Position numbers and translations under genes: made by a program. A DNA stretch of 64,000 bases, from NCBI RefSeq assembly GCF_018350175.1, contig NC_058368.1:28088001-28152000 (forward strand), given 5' to 3'. Source of the stretch: Felis catus (taxonomy: Eukaryota). Shown here piece by piece: positions 34,773 through 46,792 of the stretch. Numbering within the stretch: the stretch's first letter is position 1; each line of letters starts with the position of its first letter. Below the pieces are notes generated by a model, which was given only the letters and a program-made list of their open reading frames with translations, was not told where the DNA came from and did no database searches.

Positions 34773-34810
34773 TTATAAACCGCTGGCGAGGGCTGGCCCC
34801 GGGAGCCAAT
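34773..34810 (-). promoter_or_regulatory. Core promoter: TTTATAA (TATAAA on + at 34774-34779) and inverted CCAAT (CCAAT on + at 34806-34810); TSS inferred near 34745
   Basis: Both motifs are directly visible about 195-230 nt upstream of the ATG. Inverted TATA and CAAT boxes are a described feature of the RANKL promoter. Confidence 0.75.
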
Positions 34811-35038
34811 CAGCCCCGGGCGAGGCTGCCTCTTCCACTCCCACCTCTGGCTCCCCTTCCTTCCTTTCTCCCTCCCTCGCTTTCTTACTCGCACTGAATG
34901 GCCTCCTCCCCATCACACACTGAGAGCATAAGGCTGTGGGTTGCTCCGGCGGTGCCGGACGCCCCTCGCCCATCCTCAGCTGCCCCTCAGGGCCGGGCCA
35001 GATGCAGATAGTGCCTCAGTTAAGGATAGAGGATAAGG

Positions 35039-35046
35039 TGACGTCA
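35039..35046. promoter_or_regulatory. Perfect palindromic CRE TGACGTCA (extends to GTGACGTCAC, 35038-35047)
   Basis: Exact consensus about 300 bp upstream of the inferred TSS. Function untested. Confidence 0.55.
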
Positions 35047-35932
35047 CACACATTGCTCTGGCAGTTAGCATCCCTGAGCTTCAGTTTCTGCTAGAGGATG
35101 TAGAAAGTTGGACTTGGTGATCTCTGAAGTCCCTTCCCCCTCCGCTCACCCCAGAAGAAATTCACTAAGGAATATCCTTGAGGATCCTGAGGGTACAGCC
35201 TCTATCATGCTTCCAAATACAGGTTCCGAATTATTTTGGCAGCCTTAGAAAACCAGAGCTCCCGTCCCAGATCCCTGCTTCTGCACCCTCAAAAAGTGGT
35301 TTTGAGTAAGGCGCGTTTTGAATGTGGGAGCAGAGAGCCTACAGGCACCGAGCCTGGCCTACAAAAGGGAACCGGTCCGGAGAGAAGGGTAGGATCCAGT
35401 GCGCCTCATGTACAGGACCATGTATTACATTTCCACAGGGTTCGGCACATGCCATTCCTACCGCGCGGTGGTGATTTCCCTTCAGGATCCTGAAGGTAAG
35501 AGAGGCAGACACCAAGATGTAAGGAACCCCGGGAGAGCTAATCCCCCTGTGCCTCGGGAAAGATGAATGTTACACAAGGTTGAAGGTGTCGTTAAATGTT
35601 AGTTTCATTGCTAAAGAAAACTTCCCAGGGTTTTTGTAAAAGCCCCTATTTAGAATTGGGCGCCTTGGTGAGAAAATGAAAATATGGACTAGACTCACAG
35701 ATTCTGAGGCATCTTCAGCAGAAGGTAAGAGAAGGAGGTGCTGGACAATTTAGACACCTACAAAAATTCCGCATTTGTGGATGTTCTACATCTCGTTAAT
35801 ACTTTTTAGTTTTGTGTCCTCTTTACCGTTCTGCAACGGGCACTCCTATAGGCAAGATTTATCACAAATGACACATCTCTAAGTTATTAAAGCTTGTGAT
35901 CTCAGGTGAACACTTAGAACTCAGCACATGTT

Positions 35933-36141
35933 GAGGTGCCTAGGTGGGTCACTCGGTTAAGCATCCGACTTTGGCCCAGGTCCTGATCTTGTCATTCTGA
36001 GTTCAAGCCCCACGAGGATTCTGTGCTGACAGCTCAGAGCCTGGAGCCTGCTTCGGATTCTGTGTCTCCCTCTCTCTCTGCCCCTCCCCTGCTGACATTC
36101 TGCCTCTCTCTCTCTCAAAAATAAACATTAAAAAAAAATTT
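35933..36141 (+). mobile_element. Carnivore SINE about 1.2 kb upstream of the promoter
   Basis: Degenerate head, GAGCCTGGAGCCTGCTTCGGATTC and A tail. Confidence 0.88.
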
Positions 36142-36483
36142 AAACCCCGTGTGTTCAAGAACTTTGTATTATTTACCTCTATATCCCCATTTCTTAGAAC
36201 GTGGCCTAGCATATAGTAGGTGTGCAGTAAATGTGTCCCAGGTCCAAGCCACACTGGCTTACCTGATTGATCATGTCACCTCCAGACTTGCTGGCCCCTG
36301 AACACTTCTGCACCCACTGATCAGGATTTCCTTTTAAAGCAAAAAGATCTGTCATTTCCCTACTTCCAATCCTCTAATGGCTTCTAAGTGTAGTTGGTGT
36401 AAAGTCTAAACTCTTGAGATTAAAAAAAAACCTTACCTGGTCCTTCACCATCTGGCTCAAGACTCCTTTTCTACATCAGTTTC

Positions 36484-36714
36484 TTTTTTTTTTAATGTTT
36501 TGTTTTTTTTTAATGTTTAATTATTTTTGAGACAGAGAGAGACAGAGCATGAACAGGGGTGGGGCAGAGAGAGAGGGAGACACAGAACTGAAGGCAGGCT
36601 CCAGGCTCTGAGCCATCAGCCCAGAGCCCGACGCGGGGCTCAAACTCACGGTCTGTGAGATTGTGACCTGAGCTGAAGTTGGACGCTTAACCGACTGAGC
36701 CACCCAGGCGCCCC
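36484..36714 (-). mobile_element. SINEC_Fc-like SINE
   Basis: TSD TCTACATCAGTTTC (36470-36483, 36715-36728). Confidence 0.95.
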
Positions 36715-37440
36715 TCTACATCAGTTTCAAATACTACCCTTAGCTGTAGTGTACGTCTCTTTTCTCCCCATAGCTGGATGCCTCTCTTACTCATCCTTCC
36801 TTTTCCACTCCAGTGTCATCTCTCTACTAGTCCTCTGTTCCTTCCCCTAAGCAGGCTCGGCTTCCTTTGTTTTATGCTCCCACAGCACCCTTAACCTCTC
36901 CTGTCATGACACTCGTGCATTTGTTCATTCACTCCACAGATACGTTAGTGGGAGCCCACCATATACCACACACTAAGCTGGATCCCAGTGACAGAGTGAT
37001 CAAGATAAATATGGAGCTTACAGTGTGGTTGGAAAGAAACAAATCATCAAATAATTAACTAAAACCCCGATGAGCGCTCTGAAGGCGAAGTGCAAGAAAA
37101 ATGAGAAGATTTTTGTAAATGGGGCGGGGAGGGGCGGCTAACCTATTCTGGAGAGTCCGAGCAGACTTCCTAGGCAAAGATAATGATTAAAACTAATCCC
37201 TGAATAATAGCTATCCAGGGAGAGAGTGGCCAGGGGGCTATCTGAGACAGAGGATGATTATGTTACCAAAATTATTTGTTTAATACATCTTCCCAATTGA
37301 TCATGTCTGTCTTACTGTGAATTCATAAATATATTTATTATTACTTTAATGTATCGATTAACCAGTTAATCTGTTACCCAAATTGCAAAATAATTAAGTC
37401 AAAGCCCGAGTAAACCAAGGTATTAAGAGATGTCAAGACA

Positions 37441-37656
37441 GGGGCGCCTGGGTGGCTCAGTCGGTTGAGCGTCCGACTTCAGCTCAGGTCACGATCTCGC
37501 GGTCCGTGAGTTCGAGCCCCGCGTCGGGCTCTGGGCTGATGGCTCAGAGCCTGGAGCTTGCTTCCGATTCTGTGTCTCCCTCTCTCTCTGACCCTCCCCC
37601 ATTCATGCTCTGTCTCTCTCTGTCTCAAAAATAAATAAACATTAAAAAAAAATTAA
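37441..37656 (+). mobile_element. SINEC_Fc-like SINE
   Basis: TSD AAGAGATGTCAAGACA / AAGAGATGGCAAGACA. Confidence 0.95.
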
Positions 37657-38062
37657 AAGAGATGGCAAGACAAAAACACAACCGAAGATGCAAGTGTAGG
37701 TCAGTACTCAGCTGCAAAGAGCATGATGATTAGATCAGCATTTCTCAAACTGCATTTCCTGGTACCCCGGTGTATTACGATGAAAATCTTTTGGAGTCAA
37801 GGGGCAATTTGTTGGTGCGTGTAGTTGAAAAATGTAATGTTAGGTTTAGATCCAGGCGTGATTGGACACACACCTGAATCCAGTGTCTTTCCCTTGAGGC
37901 CAGGGGATCAAGTTACCCCAACATAACCTATGGGCTGAGAACAGGGAAGAAATAACCCCCCAAAAGAAAATTAAAGTGCAAATATCAAAGACAAGGAATT
38001 GATACTGTGTTGCTGGGCAGGAAAAAAAAACAAGTGACTCACTGCCCGTGATGCTGCTAGGT

Positions 38063-38743
38063 CAGCAGTGTTCAAACTCTTTGGTCTCAGGACTCCTTTC
38101 TAGCTTTAAAGTTAATGAGGACACCAAAGGGCTTTTGTTCATTTGAATTATGTTTGTGAATATTTGGCGTATTAGAAAACTAAACTGAGAGGGTTTTTTT
38201 TTAACCTATTGGCATGTTAACACACTAGAGTTTTATTTTTAAAAAATAACCATTTAGGGGCACCTGGGTGGCTCAGTTGGTTGAGTGTCTGACTCTTGAT
38301 TTCGGCTCAGGTCATGGTCTCACAGTTCATGGGATGGAGCCCCAAGTCAAGCTCCACGCTGACAACTAGAGTCTGTTTGGGATTCTCTCTCTCCCTCTCT
38401 CTCTGCCCCTCCCCTGCTCTCAATCTTTCAAAATAAAGAAATAAACTTTTAAAAAAATTATATTTTTTTAAGTAGGGAGAAAAGTGACACTGTTTTACAT
38501 TTTTTCAAATGACATTGCTATTTGGCTTCATATATCCTCGTATCCATTTCAGTATTTAATTTGTCTTAATACTGAACACCAGACAGCCTCTAGAAAACTC
38601 CACTGTTCCCTCTGGGCAGAACGAAAATGGAAAAGGACAATAATGCTGTACTGTTACTAGGAAATACTTCTGACTTCACAGAACCTCTGAGACAATCTCA
38701 GAGACTCTTAGGCATTCCCTAACCGCACTCTAAAAATGGCACT
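38063..38743. mobile_element. hAT-Charlie DNA transposon fossil (MER119/Charlie1-like) containing a nested SINE
   Basis: CAGCAGTGTTCAAACTCTTTGGTCTCAGGAC...GAGGACACCAAAGGGCTTTTGTT start, with a degenerate right end. Confidence 0.6.
38257..38458 (+). mobile_element. Carnivore SINE (older), nested
   Basis: GGGGCACCTGGGTGGCTCAG head, CT tract and A tail. Confidence 0.88.
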
Positions 38744-39740
38744 CTAAAAAAAAAAAAAAAAAAAAACTCTAGATGTTGTGTTAGTTTGAACACAAAATTA
38801 GTTGGTTTTTATTTGATACAGATCTTATCAGTGGCAGTAATGTACAAAAGTATATTGTAAATCTCTAGAAAAGGGATGTGATATTCACTGATGTTCAAAT
38901 TTTCTAATTTTTTTTTGGGGGGGGGCGATGGGGTGGAGTGCTTTACGTATCAAGGGTTTAAGGACAAGATCTGGTAAAAGTTAGATGAGAGACACCTGTA
39001 GGATGCAAATGGCTAATACAGCACCAATGGCCTCAGTGTCAGTTAAATCATCAGTAGGCAGGGAAACATACAGAGACTGATGGACCAAGAAAAGGAGAGA
39101 CAAGAGACAAGAGACAAGACCATGGAGAACGTGGGTGACTGGCAAATTGGAGAAAAGCATCCCTATCCATTTTAAAGCACCGTGCTGGCCATACAAGGCA
39201 TTCCCACAGACTTGTGGTTTTCAGTCCTTGCGAGGGCTTCGTGGAGCCCCCTTAAACTGGCTGATCAGTTAACTATCATGTTTATAGCATCTTCTGGTTC
39301 CTACTTTTCTTTATGGCCTCCTTTCGCCTTCCAGCCTCACAATTTATGCCCCAGCAACACAGAATTACTTGCACCCTCCCATTTCTTACATCTATACCTT
39401 GGGTCATTCAGTCTTTTCTTCCAAGATTGACCTTCTCTGAACTTTTCATCTGACTGCTGGCTTATCTCAAACATTCAGCTCAGGCCCCTTGTCTTTATGA
39501 AGCTTTTCATGATACCTTCCACAGGTCAGGCACCACTTCATAATTCTTTGTTACACCGTGTGCATATGTTTATCATAGCTCTGAACTTCTTTTATAGTCT
39601 TTCATTTATTTCTCTGTCTAACCTACTGGATCCTTAGCTCCCGAGGGAAGTTATTATCTTTGTATTCTTTGTATGCCTTCACACAGTGCTTAAAAAAATG
39701 TTTTTAAAATGAATGAATAAATAAAGAAAAGAATATGCAA

Positions 39741-40052
39741 GACAAATACCGTATGATTTCATTCATGTATGGAATTTAAGAAACAAAACAAATGAACGGA
39801 ATGAAAAAGAGACAAAACTCAGACTCTTAACTACAGAGAACTAACTGGTGGTTGCCAGAGGGGAGATCGGGGAGGGAAGGGGGGAGGATGTGTGAAATAG
39901 GTGACAGGGATCAAGGAGGGCACTTGTGAAGAGCTCCGGGTATTGTATAGAATTGTTGAATTACTATATTGTACACCGGAAACGGATATACACTGCATTT
40001 TAACTATACTGAAACTTAAAAATAATAATAAATAATAAAATTAATTAAAATG
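39741..40052 (+). mobile_element. 5'-truncated carnivore L1 3' end
   Basis: GACAAATACCGTATGATTTCA...TATATTGTACACC...A-rich tail, with perfect 17-bp TSD AAGAAAAGAATATGCAA (39724-39740, 40053-40069). Confidence 0.88.
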
Positions 40053-40501
40053 AAGAAAAGAATATGCAAACCGATTCTGGTATTCTCATAACAGAAGGCT
40101 GAGTGTTAAAGAGGAAAGTGCCCAAATAATGTCGCTCTCTAAATGTCTCTAAATACATTGGTAGCCTAATTAGATTAGGAAAACATACAACAAACTTAAA
40201 GGCATAATATGCCTGCATAATAATGAGGAATAAACATATGTATTTTTAATGCTAATGTAAAATTTTAATATCAAACATAAAATTTAACACAACTTGAACT
40301 TGAGTAACTTTCACATTTTATGTAATTATATAGCAGCAGTTCTCAAAGTTTTATCTCAGGACCTTTTTACTCTTAAAAATCAGAAACTCCCCCAAAGGGT
40401 GAATTTTTTAATGTGAGTGATAACTATTAATATTTACCATATTAGATATCCAAACAGAGACTTTTTTTTTTACTCTGTGGTGACAATCTGTAACATATTT
40501 T

Positions 40502-40720
40502 TTTTTAATTTTTTTTAAATGTTTATTTATTTTTGAGACAGAGAGAGACAGAGCACGAATGGGGGAGGGGCAGAGAGAAAGGGAGACACAGAATCGGAAG
40601 CAGGCTCCAGGCTCTGAGCCATCAACCCAGAGCCTGACGCGGGGCTCAAACTCACGAACCGTGAGATCGTGACCTGAGCTGAAGTCGGACTCTCAACCGA
40701 CTGAGCCACCCAGGCGCCCC
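40502..40720 (-). mobile_element. SINEC_Fc-like SINE
   Basis: TSD AATCTGTAACATATTTT (40485-40501, 40721-40737). Confidence 0.95.
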
Positions 40721-40939
40721 AATCTGTAACATATTTTATGAAAAGTAACTATCATTTTAAAAATAAAAATATTGGTGAATAGGATTGCATTGTTTTTGTT
40801 TACAAATCTCTTTAATGGAAGACAACTGTATTCTACCTGCTTCTGTACTCACTCTGATGTGATACATTGTTTTTCTTGAAGTGTATAAAGAAAATATAGC
40901 CTCATGAAAACATATAGTTAGAAAAGGGAGGAGTATTTT

Positions 40940-41160
40940 TTTTTATTTTTTTTAACGTTTATTTATTTTTGAAAGAGAGAGAGAGACAGGGTGCGAGTAG
41001 GGAAAGGGCAGAGAGAGAGAGACACACACAGAATCGGAAGCAGGCTTCAGGCTCTGAGCTGTCAGCACAGAGCCCAACGTGGGGCTCGAACTCACGAACC
41101 GAGAGATCATGACCTGAGCAGAAGTCGGACACCCAACCGACTGAGCCACCCAGGCGCCCC
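40940..41160 (-). mobile_element. Carnivore SINE
   Basis: TSD AAGGGAGGAGTATTTT (40924-40939, 41161-41176). Confidence 0.95.
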
Positions 41161-41660
41161 AAGGGAGGAGTATTTTAATTGAATTTCCTGATAATTGTGG
41201 ATTTCTCCTTTTCTACTACACCAAAACTCAATAAGTAGTCTCTTTTTTAGACATTATTTGCACCGTGACATTGAAACCCTTCGGTGGTTTTCTTCCTCCA
41301 TTACAATAACATCCATCGGTCATACCTTTTTGTTCGAAGGCATCTCTTCCCAGGGATGACTTTGTAATATCAGGCATGACCATTTGGAAAATATCCACTC
41401 ACTGAATGCCACGGATCTCCCCAATGTTTCCATATTTCATTATATAATACTCCAAACCTACATTCAACTATGATCACCACTGATCTTTTAAGGATAGTTT
41501 TTAGTATCGGGAAGTTGTTAGGTTCACAGTGGCAGTTAAGAATTTTTGAAAATACTGCTGGAGAGAGAGATTTGCAATAAGCACAGAGCAAATATTTAGC
41601 CTTCAAGATATTTGAAACAAGAGTTGCACTGAAACTAAGGCCTCAACCCAGCTGAATTTT

Positions 41661-41879
41661 TTTAAATTTTTTTTAACATGTATTTATTATTGAGAGACAG
41701 AGAGACACAGAGCGTGAGCAGGGGAGGGGTAGAGAGCAGGGGAGACATAGAATCTGAAGTAGGCTCCAGGCTCTGAGCTGTCAGCACAGAGCCTGATGCG
41801 AGGCTCGAACTCACAAACTGCAAGATCCTGACCTGAGCCAAAGTCAGTCGCTTAACCAACTGAGCCACCCAGGTGCCCC
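41661..41879 (-). mobile_element. Carnivore SINE
   Basis: Full length, with degenerate TSD CCCAGCTGAATTTTT / CCCAGCTCAATTTTT. Confidence 0.92.
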
Positions 41880-41979
41880 ATCCCAGCTCAATTTTTGATT
41901 GAAGTCCTCTTCAGCTTAGCTGCATAGTAATATCTACATTAGTTGCTTTATACATAATGCCTGTTATACAATTTAAAAA

Positions 41980-42626
41980 ATTACTTGACATAACAGGAAG
42001 CTGGAATGTGTGGTTCATAATCAAGAGAGGGATAAACACTCAACAGAAGCAGATGAACAGATGACCAAAATACTGAAAATAGGCAAGAATTTTTAAATAA
42101 CTATAATAAGTACAGTAAAGAACATAGAGGAGAGGGTAAAGGAAATAAATAAAAAGAATTTCAGGCAGAGAAATGGATGGTTTAAAAATAATAAAATGAA
42201 TATTCTAGAAAATAAAAATAAGATATATGAAATTAGGAAATTGTTGGATGAGCTTAATAGCAGACTAGATACAATAAAGAAAAAAAATGGATCAATGAAT
42301 TCAAAGTCTGTTCAACAGAAAATTTCCAAACTGAGGTACATAAAGGAAAAATAATTAGAAAACAAAACAATATGCCATCAGAAATATGTGGAACATTATC
42401 AAATGGTCTAACATATGTGTAATTGGAGTTCCAGGAAAAAAAAAGAATAGGGGAAAAACAACATATGAGGAGATTATGTTGAGAATTTTCCTAACTGAAT
42501 AAAGACATCAACTCATGGATTGAAAAAGTCAGAACATCCCAAACAGGATATATACAAAGAAATCCACATTTAGGCACACCACAACCAAACTGCTGAAACT
42601 GAAAGACAAAGAAAAAACCTTAAAAC
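41980..42626 (+). mobile_element. Old L1 ORF1-region remnant
   Basis: A-rich, with AATAGCAGACTAGA, TCTAACATATGTGTAATTGGAGTTCCAG and AAACTGCTGAAA...AAAGACAAAGA, typical of L1 ORF1. No intact ORF. Confidence 0.7.
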
Positions 42627-43599
42627 CACTCAGTAATCCATATTTTTATTTTCCTTTTCCCTGGAAGTCTCAGATAAGTGTCATAATTTCTTCGTTAACA
42701 CTTACATAATAAAAAGTTCCCCGGGCACTTTGGTCCTGAGAACACACTCGTTTGCTAATTAAATGAAGGAATTAGTTCAATAATAATAATAAAAAAATTG
42801 ATTCCATTTAAAGTTAAATCTTCCCTCCCACAGATTAGGACTATCAGTCTAGAAACTTGACCATGGCCTAAAGGGCGTGTTGTGTGGGTGGGGTAGAGTT
42901 GGGAGTGGCAAAGGATAGGAAACCTGGGCCGGTGCTCTTTGGGTTTGGTGAATGATTATTCAAAGCTGGTTATTTCATGGGGCACTTTCATATTTCCTTG
43001 AAAAACTTCCCACCAAAAACATCTGACTGAAGTTTCCTCTCCTTTAGATAACTACCCCCTCAGTTTCTGCAGCTATTAGTATATCCCTTTTTCTTTCTTC
43101 TGGCCACAGTCTGCCTCTGGCTGGGAGCCCTCTTGGATGAAATCTCTTTGAATATTATCCTCAGGCTGTCTCCTCCTTGGCTGCCCACATCTTGTCCCCA
43201 GTACACACTTCTGCCTTGTTGTCAACGAAAACACATTTTGCTCCCAGAACAGCTTCTTCTAAGCTCTGCCATCAGACAAGCAGTTCCAGCCACAAGCATT
43301 TACTTTTAGTCCTTCTTAGACATTCGAGAAATCCTCATCTCTGCCATCTCAAACTTCAGAACAAATATCAAGCTCTCCAACTGGTCCCTCTCAAAGTCTT
43401 TCTCATAAATTCTCCCAACGAGCCATCCCTCGATTACTTCATCCTCCGTCACTTATATCTTTAATCTGGTTTCCAGATTCCTTCTCTGCAAGTATCTTCT
43501 GTGAACTATGGGAGTCCTTGCCGCCTAGTATTTGGTCCCATTTTAGCATGCTGTTACTCAAGGAAACAGCCACTTACCATGTAGTGTAATTAGTAAAAT

Positions 43600-44260
43600 G
43601 TGCTCTGGGAGCACAGAAGAAAAGCTCTTATCCTAGACTAGGGAGTCAAGGAAGGACTGTTTTGGAGGACACCATATTTAAGATGAGACTTGTGGTATTG
43701 AGTGATAGTTTTCCAAAACTGGTGGGAAGAAACACATATAAAGGCCCAGAAGCAAAACAGGATGGATTCAAGGAACTGCAAGAAGTTCAGAAGAGCTTGG
43801 TCAGAGCGTAAGGAAAGAATGGATAAAGATAAGACTAGAACAATAGGCAGAGATTAAATCGCCAAGCTTGCCAGTCATGATAAAAATTTGAATTTTATTC
43901 TAAGAGCAAGAGAGAGTCCTTGAAAGTTGTTTCCCCCTCAGAGAAATGGCACATTCTGATTTGCAATTTAGACGTTTCCCTTTCAGTGTGGAGCATGAGT
44001 TTGGAAGGAGATGGACAGAGCTGTCCTGGAGGCAGGGAGCTGGCCACTGGACCGTGGCCAGAAAAAGGCAAGAAACGACCACAGTAGGGGCAGAGGTGGT
44101 GGAGAGAAGTGATGGTCCCAGAAGCATTTAGGAAGTGGAGTGCTTTGGGTGGGGTGGCTGACTGGCTGTGGAGGGTGAGGAAGGGGAAGGAGTCCATGAT
44201 GCCCCACAGGTGTTCATTTTCTGCAGCTGAGGGGTGACCTTCGCTGAAATGGAGAAGGAG
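43600..44260 (-). mobile_element. L2 remnant
   Basis: Purine-rich degenerate antisense L2 body (GGAACTGCAAGAAGTTCAG, TTTGAATTTTATTCTAAG). Confidence 0.55.
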
Positions 44261-46378
44261 CAGGTTGGACACGCTCCAGGTCATACCGTAGGCCCGAGTG
44301 CACCTGAGAAGTTTTCTCTGCCTTTTCTGTTTACTCTGTTGACTCTTACTCAACTTTCGAGTCTCGACCCAGGTGGTATCTCCTCCTGGCTTTCCCCCCA
44401 ATCCTTAGATTTTTCTAAAAGAATCTCTACTCCTATCCCTCACTCCCCTTTAAGCTGTCCCTTTCTTCATTACAGTGATTTCATCTGTTTATAAATGAGT
44501 GTCTTCCCAGGAGACCATGAGAGACTTGAGAACATTATTTTTTTCATTATTGTGCCGTCATCACCCAGCAAAAGGCCCGGGACACATTAGGCACTTAATC
44601 AGTGTCGTTGAATAAAGTGGGCCGTCTGGAAGCTTAAAACTTTGAAACAGCAACACAGATGCAAAAATGTGTATGGTGAGATGTTTCTGAGCAAATACAT
44701 TTCAGAAACGACCGGTAGGGCAGATATCATCATCACCACCACCACAACAAACGTGTATGGAACACTCATGTGCAGACAGGCACTATTGGCCTTCTTGGAA
44801 AGGTAGAACAAAAAGACTAAAACCTACGGATGCTCAAATGGGTCTTTGTTCAAACTAGTGTGGATTGAATGCCTGAAAAAAATGTCACACCCATTCTGAC
44901 TATAGATTTTATGTTCTTTGTTACACTCATAAAACAGTACATGGGTTTTGTCTAAGGTCCCCATGCAAAACAGGATAGAAATCAGTTATTATTTAACATG
45001 CGTGCACCCATGCTGTATTATAGAGTGAAAACTTTAGAAATCTGTCCTAAAAACAGTTAGTTTAAAACAGGGACTTTGGGGCCATATATCCTCTGATTAA
45101 ATCCAAGCTTTCCACTCACTGGCTGGGTGGCCCATGTGTCTTGTGCTTTAGTTAGGTCAGTTAAAGAATAAAGAAAGCAGCATCTACCTTACGGGTTGTA
45201 ATGAATACAATCAGAGTCCTTGCATGCAAATTCTTAGAACGGTGCTTAATATATGCATGTTACGTTCTTCTAGTTCTTATTAGCCATTCAGATTTCTGGC
45301 AACATCGACGCACTTTACTTAGCGGCAGTAACGAGAAAGCTTAGATGAATAGCCATGTCAGATTCTCATCTTTAAACAAATCCAGGGTGCCGGAAAAGAG
45401 ACAGAAGAATTGAAACCATGGTATCTCCCCTCCGGTAAAGAGTATCCGACTGCAGCCGGAGGTACTCAGGGAGCACAGTCGGAGGAATGACCAAACAAGG
45501 AAGGAACACACAGTAGAGTGGCTTGAGGGTCACACAGCAGCATGGCTGCGACATTGCACGGCCAGTGCACCTGAGTGGTGCAATGACCCGGTGTTGCAAA
45601 CACCATATTGCTGGCAATGCCGACACCTTCAGGAAAAACTGGAGCGCATCAGTATGTCCTGCTTACTCAAGCAGAGATACCCTGCAAAAGTACTTCTATC
45701 ATGACCGATTATAATTCTCAAGGTGTCGGTGTTAGGAAAGGTAAAGATAATTCTTCATCTGGAAAATTTGCTCATTTTTCGATAGTTCAAATATTTGGGA
45801 GAAAGAAAATCACTGAGAAATGTTTCGCTGTTGGCAAAGAAGTCAGTAATTTGGCTGTGTTACTACCTCCAAACTTAATTTTTAAATTGTTCTTATTGTC
45901 ATACTGTGGGACAAGAGGGCAGGTGACACCGTAGCCTCATTTTATTTTTGACATCTGCATTTACATGGGACATTTACTCCTTCTATACAAATTGCAGGGG
46001 AAATTGTGTGACTCCTCTGCAAAGGCATTTGTAAGAATATGGAATCCCTTAATATTTTCAAAGAGCCTTGTACTAAATTATACCAACCATGTTGGACCAG
46101 GGGGAATTCACTGATAAAATCCACTGCCTGGAAAGGCAAATATTCGTTGTCGGAATTTTTAAGCCCAACATAGATAGAGGCTTAGTGGAGATGTTGTAGA
46201 CTAGATTAATTATCAGATGGGTAGTTAATCTAGGTAATTTTTAAGGTTGTTTCCCGTCCTGAGATATAAATCAGCAACCTTAACTGGCCTTTCCAGATGT
46301 CATAGGCAGCAGTTTGCAAAATGCTTTCGAATGAAAAATATTCCATATGAAACCATGTGTGTTTGTTCATTATCTACA

Positions 46379-46504
46379 TCGGCACTGTCCGATAGAACAT
46401 TCTGCCATGATGGGAACATCCTATACTCGTGTTGTGCAATATAGTAGCCATTAGGCACGTACAGCTATGGAACACTTAAAGTATGGGTAATGCAGTGACT
46501 GAGG
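46379..46504. mobile_element. MER3-like hAT remnant
   Basis: CACTGTCCGATAGAACATTCTGCCATGATGGGAAC...GTAGCCATTAG...GTGACTGAGG. Confidence 0.7.
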
Positions 46505-46565
46505 CTGGTGACTCCCATACTGGAAAGCACCCATCTATATGCACTTTTCTTTATTCCCAATTTAT

Positions 46566-46792
46566 TTATTTTTTTATAAAAAAATTTTTTTAATGTTTAT
46601 TTATTTTTGAGACAGAGAGAGACAGAGCATGAATGGGGGAGGGTCAGAGAGAGGGAGACACAGAATCTGAAACAGGCTCCAGGCTCTGAGCTGTCAGCAC
46701 AGAGCCCGACGCGGGGCTCGAACTCACACACCGCAAGATCATGACCTGAGCCAAAGTCGGCCGCTCAACCGACTGAGCCACCCAGGTGCCCC
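46566..46792 (-). mobile_element. Carnivore SINE
   Basis: TSD TCTTTATTCCCAATTTAT / TCTTTATTCTCAATTTAT. Confidence 0.93.

Larger units (their letters stand above)
33660..34990. promoter_or_regulatory. CpG island covering the promoter, exon 1 and the start of intron 1
   Basis: Visibly very high GC and CpG density compared with the flanks. Boundaries estimated by eye. Confidence 0.9.
40334..41560. mobile_element. Charlie1-like hAT fossil interrupted by two SINEs
   Basis: CAGCAGTTCTCAAAG...TCTCAGGACC...ACTCTTAAAAAT start, homologous to the element at 38063. Right boundary approximate. Confidence 0.6.

Noticed and set aside
34100..34894. 264-aa ORF extending RANKL exon 1 both upstream and into intron 1
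   Set aside because: The upstream part begins at a non-ATG codon 5' of the TATA-like box and inferred TSS. The downstream part runs past a strong GTGAGT donor. Only 34349-34579 is credible.
34079..34897. 272-aa + strand ORF antisense to exon 1
   Set aside because: Arg/Gly/Ala/Pro low-complexity product, expected from stop-codon scarcity in a CpG island. No recognisable domain.
43895..44401. 168-aa minus-strand ORF (also 52692..53129, 60202..60609 and 11981..12499)
   Set aside because: These overlap L2/LTR/SINE remnants or lack any recognisable homology or splice context, so they are chance ORFs.
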